In this document: positions 1 through 10,555 of the stretch, piece after piece
How positions within the stretch are numbered: position 1 is the first letter of the stretch
Layout: each line of letters opens with the position of its first letter
Origin: an uncultured Acidobacteriota bacterium
Lineage (GTDB): Bacteria; Acidobacteriota; Vicinamibacteria; Vicinamibacterales; CAVVIG01
DNA length: 64,000 nt
Assembly: GCA_963780685.1 (NCBI GenBank)
Contig: CAWACZ010000012.1
Location: forward strand, 195,238 to 259,237
Direction: 5' to 3'
Position numbers and translations under genes: made by a program
Notes under the pieces: model-generated
Seen by the model: only the letters and a program-made list of their open reading frames with translations
What the model was told of the DNA's origin: nothing
Databases searched by the model: none

Positions 1-1573
1 AATCCCAGGGGCGCGCGATCCAGCGCGATGAGCGTGCGAACGAGGACACCGGCGCCGCAGAGCAGGACGACGGTCATGGCGACTTGAACGACGACGAGCG
101 CCTGTCGCACACGGGGCGCGTGACCGGCCTTCGAGCCGCGCGTCCGCAACGCGTCGGCCATCGATCGCCGCGCGAACAGGATCGTCGGTGCGAGGCCGGC
201 GATCGCGCCTGTCGCGAGCGACAGGCCGAACGCGTACATCAGCACGCGTCGATCGATGAACAGCTCGGAGACGCCGAGCAGGTTCGTGGGGGCCACGGCG
301 AGCAGCGCGTCGAGACTCCCGCGCGCGAGCGCGAGGCCGAGCGCGCCGCCGGCGCCGGCGAGCAGCAGGCTTTCGACCAGCAGCGATCGCGCAATCGCCC
401 AGCGTCCCGCCCCGAGTGACGCGCGAATCGCGATCTCGCGCTGGCGCGACGCCGATCGCGCCAGGAGCATGTTGGCGACGTTGAAGCAGGCAATGGCGAG
501 CAGCACGCCCACGCCGGCGAAGAGCACGAGCACCGACGTCCGCACCTGGCCCGTGAGCACCTCGCGGAGAGGCGTCACGGTCACGCTCGTGTTCTTGTTG
601 AACGTGTACGTCGCGGCGAGACGCCGCGCGATGCCCTCCATCTCCGATCGGGCCGTGCCGATCGTCGCGCCGTCGGCGAGGCGTCCGACGACGTGGATGA
701 AACGTCCGTCGGTCGTCTCCCGCCACGGGCGGTTTCGATCGAGCTGCGATGCGGTCCACACGTCGACATCCTGCTGCACGAAGCGAAAGCCGGCGGGCAT
801 CACGCCGACGATCTCGTACGGGCGATCGTCGAGCTGGACCGTGCGGCCGATGGCGCGCCGATCGCCACCCAGCTGGTCCTGCCAGGCGCGGTAGCTGAGC
901 ACGGCGACGCGTGGGCCGTTCGGACGGTCGTCCTCATCGGAGATCGTGCGGCCAAGGAGCGGTGCGACGCCGAGCAGAGGAAAGAATTCCGATGACACCA
1001 GTTGCGCGTTCACGCGTCGCGGCTCGCCGGCGCCGGTCAGCGTGAACGACGCACGCCTCGCCAGGCGGCGAATCGTCGAAACGTGCGGCTCTCGCGCTGC
1101 CAGTCGAGCCAGTTGGCGGGCGAGACGTCGGCGCGCGAGTTGCGACCAGACAACTCGTCGACCATCACGAGCTGGTCGCCGTCTGGGTACGGCAGCGGCC
1201 GCAGCAGGAGCTGATCGACGACGGAGAAGACAGCGGTGTTGCCGCCGATGCCGAGGGCCAGCGTCAGGATCACGGCGAGCGAAAAGCCTGGGCTGCGCCA
1301 GAGACCACGAGCCGCGTGTCTGACGTCTCGCGCGACATCTTCTGCAACGCGCATCGTCCGCTCGTCGTGGCCGCGCTCCTTGAGCCGCGTCAGATTGCCG
1401 AACTGCCGCCGGGCGGCGCGTTGCGCGTCGACGTCGCTCAGCCCGTCACGAGCGTAGTCGCGTGCGAGCGAATCGACATGGAACGCCATCTCGCGCTCCA
1501 TGTCGCGATCCCTCGAGCGCCATTGGAACAATGCGAGTACGCGGCGAATGAAGCGCGGCGGTCGCAGGGCCAT
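1..1573 (-). CDS. ADOP/MacB-type ABC transporter permease, 3' end outside the window, one frameshift near 1040-1070
   Basis: N-terminal part has DxxREMxxHVDSLARDYARDG and SPGFSLAVILTLALGIGGNTAVFSVVDQLLLRPLPYP; another frame continues as TGAGEPRRVNAQLVSSEFFPLLGVAPLLGR and later FxNVANMLLARSASRQREIAIRASLGA. Confidence 0.88.
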
Positions 1574-1574
1574 G

Positions 1575-1919
1575 TCACGCCTCCTGCTCGAGCGCGCGCA
1601 GCACGCGCGCGACGGCGCCGGACAGCCGCAGCCAGCCGTCGAGCTCGGCCTGCGCCGCGCGGCGTCCCTTCCGCGTCAGCGCGTAGAACTTGGCGTTGCG
1701 GTTGTTGCTGGTGGGGCGCCATTCGGCCTCGATCAGGCCCTGTTCTTCCATGCGATAGAGCGCCGGATAGAGCGATCCCTCTTCCACGCGCAGCACATCA
1801 TCGGAGAGCTGATGCAGCCGCGTCGCGATGCCGTAGCCGTGATTTGGTCCCGCCCCCAGCACTTTCAGCACGAGGAGATCCAGCGTGCCCTGCAGCAGAT
1901 CGCCTTTCCGCACCGCCAT
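1575..1919 (-). CDS. PadR family transcriptional regulator
   Basis: KGDLLQGTLDLLVLKVLGAGPNHGYGIATRLHQLS...VEEGSLYPALYRMEEQGLIEAEW; adjacent to the ADOP permease, the usual pairing. Confidence 0.93.
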   Translation of the reverse strand: MAVRKGDLLQGTLDLLVLKVLGAGPNHGYGIATRLHQLSDDVLRVEEGSLYPALYRMEEQGLIEAEWRPTSNNRNAKFYALTRKGRRAAQAELDGWLRLSGAVARVLRALEQEA

Positions 1920-2268
1920 CGATCCGACTCCTCCCCGACGCGGCTCACTTAGAGCGTCTTGGTGAGTGTCAGTAGAGCACAGTCTTACTTAGACGGTCAA
2001 GGGAAGACGAGGTGCGCGTCGCCAAAACCGACAGCGTCTTCACAACCGACACGAGCCCTCTCGCGCGATCCGAGGTCTTTTGAACCTGCTGGATGTGCTA
2101 CGAAAACCGAAGATGGTCGAGAGCCGGAAGTCCCTTGGCAAAACCGCCAGGGCCGCTCCTCAGATTTCTTTGAGCCGCCCGGTCGCGTACTTGTGTAGCA
2201 GGCTCGCGATCCATCCATCTGTCTACTGCGATAGACACATCGGACAACCCTCGGCTATCCTGGGTCTC

Positions 2269-2474
2269 GTGACCGGGAAGGACCTTCGGCGCATCCTCAG
2301 GTCCCTCGGTTGCGTCGAGAGCCGGCAACGGGGCTCGCATCGACGCGTCGAATGCGGCCACTGTGTGACGACCGTACGGTTCATGCGGGTGAGGACATCG
2401 GGCCCGGTCTGCTGCGCCGTATCGAGCGCGACTTGGAGCCGTGCCTCGGAAAGGGATGGTTGAAGAAGCCGTGA
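2269..2474 (+). pseudogene. hicA: HicA-like mRNA interferase with a 1-nt deletion (frameshift)
   Basis: GTG start; VTGKDLRRILRSLGCVESRQRGSHRRVECGHCVTTV, then in a second frame VHAGEDIGPGLLRRIERDLEPCLGKGWLKKP; overlaps the hicB start. Confidence 0.65.
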
Positions 2475-2866
2475 AGTCTTATCGCGTGGCGTACGAGCGA
2501 GACGAGTCGGGGTGGTGGGTCGCCACCGTGCGCGGTGTGCGAGGTTGCCACACGCAGGGTCGCACCGTCGACGAGGCTCGGCGCCGCATCCGAGAGGCGC
2601 TGGAACTGTTCGTCGACAATGCGCGCAGGGCTCCGATCGTGGACGACGTGAAGCTGCCGCGTGCTGCGACGAGGGCGATTCGGGCCTACGCGACTCTTCG
2701 CAAAAAGGCCGACGAAGAAGACCGGCGGGCGGCCCGCGCGGCTCGACGCGCCGTCCGCGTATTGCGGACCGGAAGACTGAAGATGAGCGCGCGCGATGCG
2801 GCTCGTCTCCTGGGGCTGTCGCATCAGCGCGTGCACCAGCTCACGCAAGAAGAAGGAAGCGAGTAG
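2456..2866 (+). CDS. hicB: HicB family antitoxin with C-terminal HTH
   Basis: SYRVAYERDESGWWVATVRGVRGCHTQGRTVDEARRRIREALELF followed by MSARDAARLLGLSHQRVHQLTQ. Confidence 0.85.
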   Translation: MVEEAVKSYRVAYERDESGWWVATVRGVRGCHTQGRTVDEARRRIREALELFVDNARRAPIVDDVKLPRAATRAIRAYATLRKKADEEDRRAARAARRAVRVLRTGRLKMSARDAARLLGLSHQRVHQLTQEEGSE

Positions 2867-3050
2867 CCTTTCGGCTGCGCTGGCTGCAAGCTGGCACATA
2901 CGACAGATGGCGGTTCTTTCGCGGGTCTCTGAGCGTCAACTTTCATTCGGTCCTGGCGAACGGCGTATACGCTCGCCGTCCACGACTTCTGGAAGTTCAC
3001 ATGGAGTCACAGCACGCTGAAGGCCCAGCTCGCCATTACGGCTGCAGCCG

Positions 3051-3257
3051 GTGTCGCGTATGACCTGTGACACCACTGGGGTGATCAGTCCGCCGACAGT
3101 GACGCGCCGGCCGGCGAGTGGTCGCTGGTTCTACGTCGGTACGGCCGTGTTCATGGTCAGCGTGGCCATGGCGGGCTTTGGCCCTTCGATCATCGACCAG
3201 TCGCGACGGATCGCTCCAGCCACGCCCATGTCGATTGCGCACGGTGTTCTTTGGTAG
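3051..3257 (+). pseudogene. N-terminal stub of a multi-TM membrane protein
   Basis: RWFYVGTAVFMVSVAMAGFGPSIIDQSRRIAPATPMSIAHGVLW then stop; the remaining TM segments are absent. Confidence 0.4.
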
Positions 3258-3295
3258 TCACAACGCAATCTCGTCTTCGCTGAGCGTGGTCCGCC

Positions 3296-3823
3296 TCATG
3301 GACGAGACCTTCTTCGTGATCTGCGATGAATGGAATCGTCGTGCACCAGCCGCTCGAGTTCCGTTCGAATCAGCTGCATGACTTCAACCGTGTCCTTCAG
3401 CCGCATCGTGGACACTTGTAAGTTCAGGCGCGGGCGCCATTCGACCTCAATCTGTTGAATCCGTTGAACCGCCCTTTCGCCCTTGGCCGTCAGCGCGATG
3501 AGCGGCGATTGCCTGTGCGCGGGGTTCGGCACCGCCTCCAGAAGACCGTCCGCGATCAGGGCGTTGACCAGTGGCTGAAAGCGCTGCCGTGACTGCTCGC
3601 GCTCCCGCGCCATCTGCGCGACCGTGCGCGGCCCCGACCGCGCGAGGCCAAGCAGCACGGTGCGGCGCGGTCCCGACAATGGGCCCTTGCCGTGCATTTT
3701 GGCGGCGAGCGCGCTGAGGCGCAGGTACACCCGCACGTTTTCGTCGAAGAACTCGTAGAGCTGGCGCCACCACTTGTCCCCGTGTCCGTCCCTGCGATTG
3801 GCTCGCTTCCACTGTTGTGTCAT
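3296..3823 (-). CDS. MarR family transcriptional regulator
   Basis: winged-helix pattern GPRRTVLLGLARSGPRTVAQMAREREQSRQRFQPLVNALIADGLLEAVPNPAHRQSPLIALTAKG. Confidence 0.85.
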   Translation of the reverse strand: MTQQWKRANRRDGHGDKWWRQLYEFFDENVRVYLRLSALAAKMHGKGPLSGPRRTVLLGLARSGPRTVAQMAREREQSRQRFQPLVNALIADGLLEAVPNPAHRQSPLIALTAKGERAVQRIQQIEVEWRPRLNLQVSTMRLKDTVEVMQLIRTELERLVHDDSIHRRSRRRSRP

Positions 3824-3852
3824 GACGATCTCGCTGCCGCTGTCACCTAATA

Positions 3853-3870
3853 CTGACAATCTATTGTCAG
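3853..3870. promoter_or_regulatory. probable MarR operator: ctgacaat-CT-attgtcag
   Basis: perfect 8-bp inverted repeat with 2-bp spacer between divergent MarR and TonB receptor genes; a further attgtcc half-site lies about 20 bp away. Confidence 0.6.
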
Positions 3871-4007
3871 AATGACCATGTATTGTCCATTGGTGGCGAC
3901 ACTGGCGGCCGCCGCCTCGTGCAATTGCCGCCACATTCGGCCCCCTCGTGATGGCACAGGGCGTGCTCGCGGTCGACGCGCACGGTCTGCGAAGGAGGTA
4001 TCACAAG

Positions 4008-6299
4008 ATGAGGTCGATGAACAGTATCTGCTGGGCGGCCGCGTGGCTGGTCTACGCGTCGGCCAACGCCGCCGACGCACAAACCGCGACGATCGAGGGC
4101 CGCGTCGTCGATGCGCGCTCCAACCAGCCGCTGGCCCGGGTCGTGGTCCACGTCGAGCATCAATCGGTGTTTGCGGACACCGACGCAACGGGCGCGTTCA
4201 CGCTGTCGCTGCCACCAGGCCGGCACACGATCTCGGCGTTCTTAATCGGCTACGCCATCGTCCGTCACGTCGTTGACGTCGGCGTCGGTGCGACAGAGGA
4301 GTTGGTGATCGAGCTCTCGGAAGGCGCGGGCCGCTATGAAGAAGTCGTGACCGTCGAGGGCTCGGTCCGCGACGACACGGACGGCGCGCCTGGCGGTTCC
4401 GTCCTGCACGGACGCGATCTGCAGGCGTTGCGCGGGGTGATGCTGGACGATCCGCTGCGCGCGCTGCAGGCGCTCCCCTCCGCAACCTCGACCAACGACT
4501 TCTATAGCGAGTTCGCCGTGCGCGGCAGCAGCTTCCGTCATCTCGGCCTGGCGATCGACGGCATCCCGGCTCCGTACTTGATCCATACGATTCACGCCGT
4601 GCCTGACGGCGGTTCGATTGCGATGGTCAACAGCGAGGCACTCGGTGCAGCGTCGCTGCGGCCGGGCAGTTACCCGCAACGCCTGGGCCGCCGGCTCAGC
4701 GCGCAAATCGATCTGAGTACGCGCGACGGCGACCGCGAGGGCGTCCACGGCCGTGTGGGGCTGAGCGGAACCAGCGCGAATGCGATTGGCGAGGGCCCAT
4801 TCGCAAGCGGCCGCGGGGCGTGGGTCGCCTCCGTGCGGCGCAGCTATCTCGACTTCCTGCTCGATCGCATCGATCCCGAGGGGAGCGTCGGATTCGGATT
4901 CAGTGACGCGCTCGGCAAAGTCACCTTCGACGTGAACCCACGTCACCAGCTGCAGTTGCTGACGGTGATCGGCCGCTCGCTCTTCGACGAAGCGCCGGAG
5001 GATCTCGGCGTGAATGACGAGGTGCAGGCGAGAAGCCGCGCCTGGCTCACGGCCGCCACGTGGCGGTATACGCCGGCCGCGCGGCTTGCGGTATCGCAGC
5101 GTGTGTATGTGACGGGGATGGACTTCAGGAACGTCAACAAGAACGACGTGCTGCTCGATGGCGGCGAGGCGAACGACGTCGGCTGGCGCGCCGACGCGAC
5201 CTACGCGCTCCGCGATGGATGGATCGCCGAGTTCGGCGGCGACGTGCTGCGATCGACTGCGGCCCGCGCGCGGCAACGCACCTTCGACGGCGCGACCGAG
5301 CCGGTGACGCTCAGCAACTACTCGGCGACCGGCGGCGCGGCCTCCGCGTACGCACAACTATCGGCGCGCATGGGCCCGGTCATCATCACTCCGGGAGCTC
5401 GCGTGGATCGCTGGCAGGCCACCGACACGACCACGTCGTCGCCATGGATCACCGGCGAATGGGCGATGACAAGCACGATGCAACTTAGCGGTGGTGCGGG
5501 TATCTACCGACAGTTCCCCGATCTCACGATGCTGAACGGTCTCAACGGCGACCCGCATCTCCGTCCCGAGCGCGCGGCGCACGCGGACCTCGCCATCGTC
5601 CGGACGTTCGCTGATTCAGTGAGTCTGCAGGTAACGGGCTATCGACGCGACGAGCGCGACGTCTTGCGGATCGCGGACTCGGAGCCGCGGCGATTGACCG
5701 ACGGAACGATTGTGCTGGGGCGCGGCGATGCGCGATGGTCGAATCGCCTGAGCGGCCGCGCGGATGGTGTCGAGGTCCTTCTCCGCCGCGACGCACCGGA
5801 TGCCCTGTCAGGCTGGATCGCGTACGCATACTCTCGACATCGTTACGACGATGTGGTGACAGGCGAGCGGTTTTGGAATGACTACGATCAGCGTCACAGC
5901 CTGTCGACCTACGCGCTCTATCGCCTGTCGAACCGCTCGAGCCTTGGCGCGAAGTTTCGTTACGGCAGCAACTATCCGATCACAGGCTATGTTGGACAGC
6001 AAACATTCTCGCCGAATGCTCCCCCGCTGTTCGGCGGCGAGCGACCGCTGTTCTTTGGCCTCACCGATCTGCGCAACACGCTGCGGCTGCCCGTCTATGC
6101 CCGCCTTGACGTCCGCGCCGACCGCGCCGTGTCGTGGTCGGGACGCCGCGTCACGCTGTTCGTGGAAGTCGCCAACGTGCTGAACCGCCGCAACGAGCGG
6201 AACGTGCCGTATTCGGTCGGCCGCAATGGACAACTGAATGGCGTCACCGATTCGCTGTTGCCCATCGTGCCGTCTGCCGGGTTTGTGATTGAGTTCTAG
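4008..6299 (+). CDS. TonB-dependent receptor with N-terminal carboxypeptidase regulatory-like domain
   Basis: signal peptide, ATIEGRVVDARSNQPLARVVVHV, beta-barrel repeats such as DVNPRHQLQLLTVIGRS and ARLDVRADRAVSWSGRRVTLFVEVANVLNRRN. Confidence 0.93.
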   Translation: MRSMNSICWAAAWLVYASANAADAQTATIEGRVVDARSNQPLARVVVHVEHQSVFADTDATGAFTLSLPPGRHTISAFLIGYAIVRHVVDVGVGATEELVIELSEGAGRYEEVVTVEGSVRDDTDGAPGGSVLHGRDLQALRGVMLDDPLRALQALPSATSTNDFYSEFAVRGSSFRHLGLAIDGIPAPYLIHTIHAVPDGGSIAMVNSEALGAASLRPGSYPQRLGRRLSAQIDLSTRDGDREGVHGRVGLSGTSANAIGEGPFASGRGAWVASVRRSYLDFLLDRIDPEGSVGFGFSDALGKVTFDVNPRHQLQLLTVIGRSLFDEAPEDLGVNDEVQARSRAWLTAATWRYTPAARLAVSQRVYVTGMDFRNVNKNDVLLDGGEANDVGWRADATYALRDGWIAEFGGDVLRSTAARARQRTFDGATEPVTLSNYSATGGAASAYAQLSARMGPVIITPGARVDRWQATDTTTSSPWITGEWAMTSTMQLSGGAGIYRQFPDLTMLNGLNGDPHLRPERAAHADLAIVRTFADSVSLQVTGYRRDERDVLRIADSEPRRLTDGTIVLGRGDARWSNRLSGRADGVEVLLRRDAPDALSGWIAYAYSRHRYDDVVTGERFWNDYDQRHSLSTYALYRLSNRSSLGAKFRYGSNYPITGYVGQQTFSPNAPPLFGGERPLFFGLTDLRNTLRLPVYARLDVRADRAVSWSGRRVTLFVEVANVLNRRNERNVPYSVGRNGQLNGVTDSLLPIVPSAGFVIEF

Positions 6300-6338
6300 C
6301 TGCGAATGCCGACAGGAGGTGTGATGTTATTTCTTCTC

Positions 6339-6674
6339 TTACGCTGTTGGTTCACGCAGCATGACCAGGAGCATGCGTGACGCTTCCGCGGCCCGAACAG
6401 CGTGAGGCACGTTCGCGGGCATCAGCACCAGGGATTGCGGGATGGTCCGCACTTCGCGACCGCCGATAGTCAGAACGAGCGCTCCGGACAGGGTGAGCAC
6501 GAGCGCATCAAAAGGTGCGGTGTGCTCTGATAGTTCTTCACCCGCGTCGAAGGCGAAGAGCGTGATATTGCCCGCTGCTGTCCGCGCCAGTACACGGCTT
6601 GCGATGCCTTGTGCGGTCGGCGTGACGAGATCTTCCAACGCCCACAGTTCACCGGGCGGAAGCGTGCTCGCCAT
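6339..6674 (-). CDS. cupin domain protein
   Basis: LSGALVLTIGGREVRTIPQSLVLMPANVPHAVRA. Confidence 0.85.
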   Translation of the reverse strand: MASTLPPGELWALEDLVTPTAQGIASRVLARTAAGNITLFAFDAGEELSEHTAPFDALVLTLSGALVLTIGGREVRTIPQSLVLMPANVPHAVRAAEASRMLLVMLREPTA

Positions 6675-6681
6675 GACCTTC

Positions 6682-6933
6682 TTAAGCTCCAGCCCTTCTA
6701 GTGCGCTCGATGCGCCGCAGATAGATGAGCAGCCCGACGTTCAGGCCCAACCCACCCGCACTCACTGCAGCTGCCGGCCAGACCACAGAAGCATCTCCAC
6801 CGAGCCAGGCGTTCATGGTCGCGGTGAGCAGCCAGAGTTGAAGAATCACGACGATCAGGACGAAGACCAGCATCCCGTAGACGATGATCGTCCGCTGGTC
6901 GCGGCTGAACGGCCGCTGCGCCGAAGCGCTCAT
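6682..6933 (-). CDS. small two-TM membrane protein of the redox operon
   Basis: MSASAQRPFSRDQRTIIVYGMLVFVLIVVILQLWLLTATMNAWLGG...; overlaps the upstream Rieske stop (ATGA-type coupling). Confidence 0.75.
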   Translation of the reverse strand: MSASAQRPFSRDQRTIIVYGMLVFVLIVVILQLWLLTATMNAWLGGDASVVWPAAAVSAGGLGLNVGLLIYLRRIERTRRAGA

Positions 6934-7577
6934 GTTGTCCTCTCCTCGATCGCGACGGCGTAGATCTCCCGCCCTCTGATGGCGAGCACGATCCGTGTCA
7001 ACGGCCGGCGCGGCGGCCCGGCGGTGGGCGCGCCCGTCCTGAGGTCGAACCGCCCTTCGTGGCAGGGACAGTAGAAGCTGTTCTCGGCCGGCCGGGGAAT
7101 CACGGCACAAGACAAGTGCGTGCACTTCTGGCCGAAGGCGACGAACTCGTTCGTGGTCAGCCGCACCAACAAACAGGGTTCGTGTTCGTCAGGGTAAGTG
7201 AAGACAACCACCCCGCCGACGGCCATATCGTCGATCGAAGCAATCCGCTGCATTGCCGGCTGGCCAGAGCGCTTCCGGTACCAGTTCTGGACGCCAATCC
7301 ACACCTGTCCCAGCGTGAACGCCGCGCTGGTCAGCACGAGGAACTTCATGAAGTCCCGGCGCTCGACATAGAGATCCTGCGGCCAGTCGATCGGGAAGTC
7401 CTGCCGCCAGGCGGGCTGGGCGTCGGCCGGTGCGAAGTTCGGTGCGATGGTGATCTGCTCACGCTCGAGCGGGGGCGCGTAGAGGCTCGCGGGAGCCGTT
7501 CCGGTGAGACCTTCACGTCCCGGCGAGTTGATTGCGGGATCGACCGGGCGACGTGGATCGGGACCGACGTCGGTCAT
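6930..7577 (-). CDS. Rieske [2Fe-2S] protein with one N-terminal TM segment
   Basis: CTHLSC ... CPCHEG cluster motifs; TM FMKFLVLTSAAFTLGQVWIGVQNW. Confidence 0.92.
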   Translation of the reverse strand: MTDVGPDPRRPVDPAINSPGREGLTGTAPASLYAPPLEREQITIAPNFAPADAQPAWRQDFPIDWPQDLYVERRDFMKFLVLTSAAFTLGQVWIGVQNWYRKRSGQPAMQRIASIDDMAVGGVVVFTYPDEHEPCLLVRLTTNEFVAFGQKCTHLSCAVIPRPAENSFYCPCHEGRFDLRTGAPTAGPPRRPLTRIVLAIRGREIYAVAIEERTT

Positions 7578-7579
7578 CG

Positions 7580-8257
7580 CTACACCTCGACCTCGGTGAA
7601 CGGGTCGTACTCAGCGGGCGCCGCGGCGGGTGGGGTCACGACCTTCAGCGCCACTGCCCGGCTCCGGGGCTGCTCTTCCATCGCCGCGGTGACATCGACG
7701 TGCGGCGCCACAGTCGCCAGCTTTCGGGGCACCATCACGTACACCTGCGTGGTGATCGTCTGATGGCCGAACTGGAAGGTGTTGACGGGCGTCGAGAGAG
7801 GCCGCAGCTGTTCGATCTGCTCTCGCGTGCCGAAGAAGAGCGCCTGGCTCGGGCACACGGTCGCGCACATCGGCTTCTTGCCGACGCTCGACCGGTCGTA
7901 ACACATGTCGCACTTCATCATGATCTTGCGGTCTTCGTAGAGCTCGGGCACGCCGAACGGGCAGGCCACCACGCAGTTCCCGCAGGCGATGCAGCGTGGC
8001 TTCCGTGCCGATTGCACCACCCCGTCGCCGGTGCGCTTGATGGCGTCCGCCGGACACACCTCGGCGCAGGTGGGCTGGTCGCAGTGCATGCAGACGACGG
8101 GCACGGTCTGCACGCTCTCCGACCGGTTCACATATTCGAGGTGAATCATCGATTCGCCGCGGTGCGTGTCGCACTCGGAGCATGCCTGCACGCAGGCCTG
8201 GCAGCCGATGCAGCGGTTTGGATCGATGAAGAAGTGCAGGTAGTCCGGTTTGCCCAT
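7580..8257 (-). CDS. 4Fe-4S dicluster electron-transfer subunit (NrfC/DmsB-like)
   Basis: [71 protein letters not shown]. Confidence 0.93.
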   Translation of the reverse strand: MGKPDYLHFFIDPNRCIGCQACVQACSECDTHRGESMIHLEYVNRSESVQTVPVVCMHCDQPTCAEVCPADAIKRTGDGVVQSARKPRCIACGNCVVACPFGVPELYEDRKIMMKCDMCYDRSSVGKKPMCATVCPSQALFFGTREQIEQLRPLSTPVNTFQFGHQTITTQVYVMVPRKLATVAPHVDVTAAMEEQPRSRAVALKVVTPPAAAPAEYDPFTEVEV

Positions 8258-8275
8258 GGTGATGGTCGTGCCCGT

Positions 8276-10550
8276 CTATTGCTGCGGCTCGAGCACCGCC
8301 GCGTAGTCCGGCGGTCCATCCGCCCTGCGCACGAGGCACCCGCATACCTTGTACTGCGGGATCTTGCTGATCGGGTCCTGGGCGGCTACCGTCAGTTGGT
8401 TCGCGCTCTTCCGGCCGGCCCAGTGATAGGGGATGAAGATCGTGTCCGGACGGATCGTGGTCACTACCTGCGCTTTGAGCGTGATGGTCCCGCGCCGGGT
8501 CTCGGCCGTCGTCCAATCGCCGTCCGCGATCCCGAGCTTCGCTGCCAGCCGCGGATGCATCTCGATTCGCGGCTCGGCGTACTGTTGCACCAACGGTCCG
8601 ATCCGGCGCGTCTGCGTGCCGGAGAGGAACTGGCTGACGACCCGGCCAGTGGTCAGGTAGATCGGATACTCCTCGCTGGCATCGTCAACCGGCGGGCGAT
8701 ACTCCGCGACGTTGAAGCGCGCGCGGCCGTCGGGAAAGTAGAACGGTCCGCTGCCTTTGGCGACTGGGTTGTAGCTGCCGCGCTCGAAGAGGCGCGGCGT
8801 GCCGGGATGGTCATCGATGGCGGCACCGGTGCGCGGGTCCTCGCTGTAGCACGGCCAGAAGACGCCGAGCTGCTCTGTGATCTTCTCGTAGGTCACGCCC
8901 GAGTAGTCCGCAACACCGCCCTTGCTGGCGACGCGAAGTTCCTCGAAGATCTCGCGCGGCTGGCGGAAGGTGAAGCCGCGCGGCCTGCCCAGGGCCTGCG
9001 CGATGTCCTGGATGATGCGCCAGTCCTCGCGCGCGTCGCCCGGGCATTCCACCGCCTTGTTGATCTTGATGATGCGCCCCTCGACCTGCGTGACCGTGCC
9101 CTCATCTTCCTCGTGCAGACTGCCGGGCAGCACGATGTCGGCGTGCCACGCCGTGTCGTTGAGGAAGAAGTCGATGGCGGTGTAGAACTCGAGCTTCTCG
9201 AGACAGCGCGTGATGAACGCGTTGTCCGGAAGCGATACCTTCGGGTTGAAGCAAATCGACAGCAGCCCCTTGATCTCACCGCGATCGATCTTGCGGAACA
9301 GCTCGTAGGCGTCAACACCTGGCCCTGGAAGCTCCTGCTCGTCAATCCCCCAGACGCCAGCGATGTATCGCCGGTGTTCAGGGTTGCTGATGTCCCGCCA
9401 ACCTGGGAGCTGATCGCACTTCTGCCCGTGCTCGCGACCGCCCTGTCCGTTGGCCTGGCCGACGATGGTGCCGTAGCCGCTCTTCGGCTTGCCGATCCGT
9501 CCCGACGCGAGCACGAGGTTGATCGTGCCGAGCGCGTTCTGGACCCCGTTCGAGTGGTGCTCGATGCCGCGGGCGTGGAAGAGGAAGCTCGTCTTCGCCG
9601 TCCCCCACCATTCGGCAGCCTGCATCAGCGCCCGCTTCGGCACGCCGGTCACTTCAGCGGTCCGAGGCAGCGTCCACTCCCGGCAGTACGCCGCCAGCCT
9701 GCTCGAAGCCGACCGTGTGGGCGTCGATGAACGCGTGATCGAGCCAGTCGCGCTCGATCATGATCTGCAGCACGCCGGCAAAGAGCGCCGCGTCACGCCC
9801 TGGCTTCACAGGCAGGTACAAGTCGCAAGTCCGGGCAGCGGGCGTGATGCGCGGATCCTGGACGATGATCTTCGCGCCCTGCTCGCGCGCCTGCCAGATG
9901 TAGTTCGTGGTGATCGGCGAGCACTCGGCCACGTTCGAGCCGGCGACCCAAATCACCTCGGTCCCGACCATGTCGGACCACGGATTCGTGGTGCGGTCGA
10001 TGCCGAACGCCTTCTTGTTCGCGGCGCCGGCGCTGACCATGCACAGCCGTCCGTTGTAGTCGATGAACGGCGTCTTCAGGCAGACGCGCGCGAACTTGCC
10101 GAGCAGATAGGTCTTCTCTGTCGTCAGGCTCGCGCCGCCGAGGAGGCCGATGGCGCCGGCGCCGTGCGTGTGCTGAATGCGGCCGATCTCGGCGGCGACA
10201 CGGCTGATGGCGTCCGCGTACGGCAGCGGACTGAATCCCGACGCCGAGGACGTATCCCGCCGCAACGCCGTCGTCAACCGATCGGGATGCGAGCCCTGGA
10301 GGTAGCGCTTCACGCCCTTCGGGCAGAGCATGCCGCGATTGAACGGGAAGTCTTCCCATGGCTCGAAGCCAATCACCTGATTGTCGCGGACCTTGAGCTG
10401 AATGCCGCATTGCTGCCCGCAGAAACAGCAATGCGTCTTCACGAGCCGATCCGGCTCGACGCTGGTCGACAGCCGAACGCCCGTCATCGCGGACAGGTGC
10501 GGCCCGAACCGTTCGATGATGCGAAGGGGATCGACCGGAACTTCGGCCAC
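8276..10550 (-). CDS. molybdopterin-dependent oxidoreductase, NasC/NapA-like, with one frameshift near 9650-9700
   Basis: [41 protein letters not shown]; C-terminal half [46 protein letters not shown]; join reads FEQA / [15 protein letters not shown]. Confidence 0.92.
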
Positions 10551-10555
10551 GCCGG

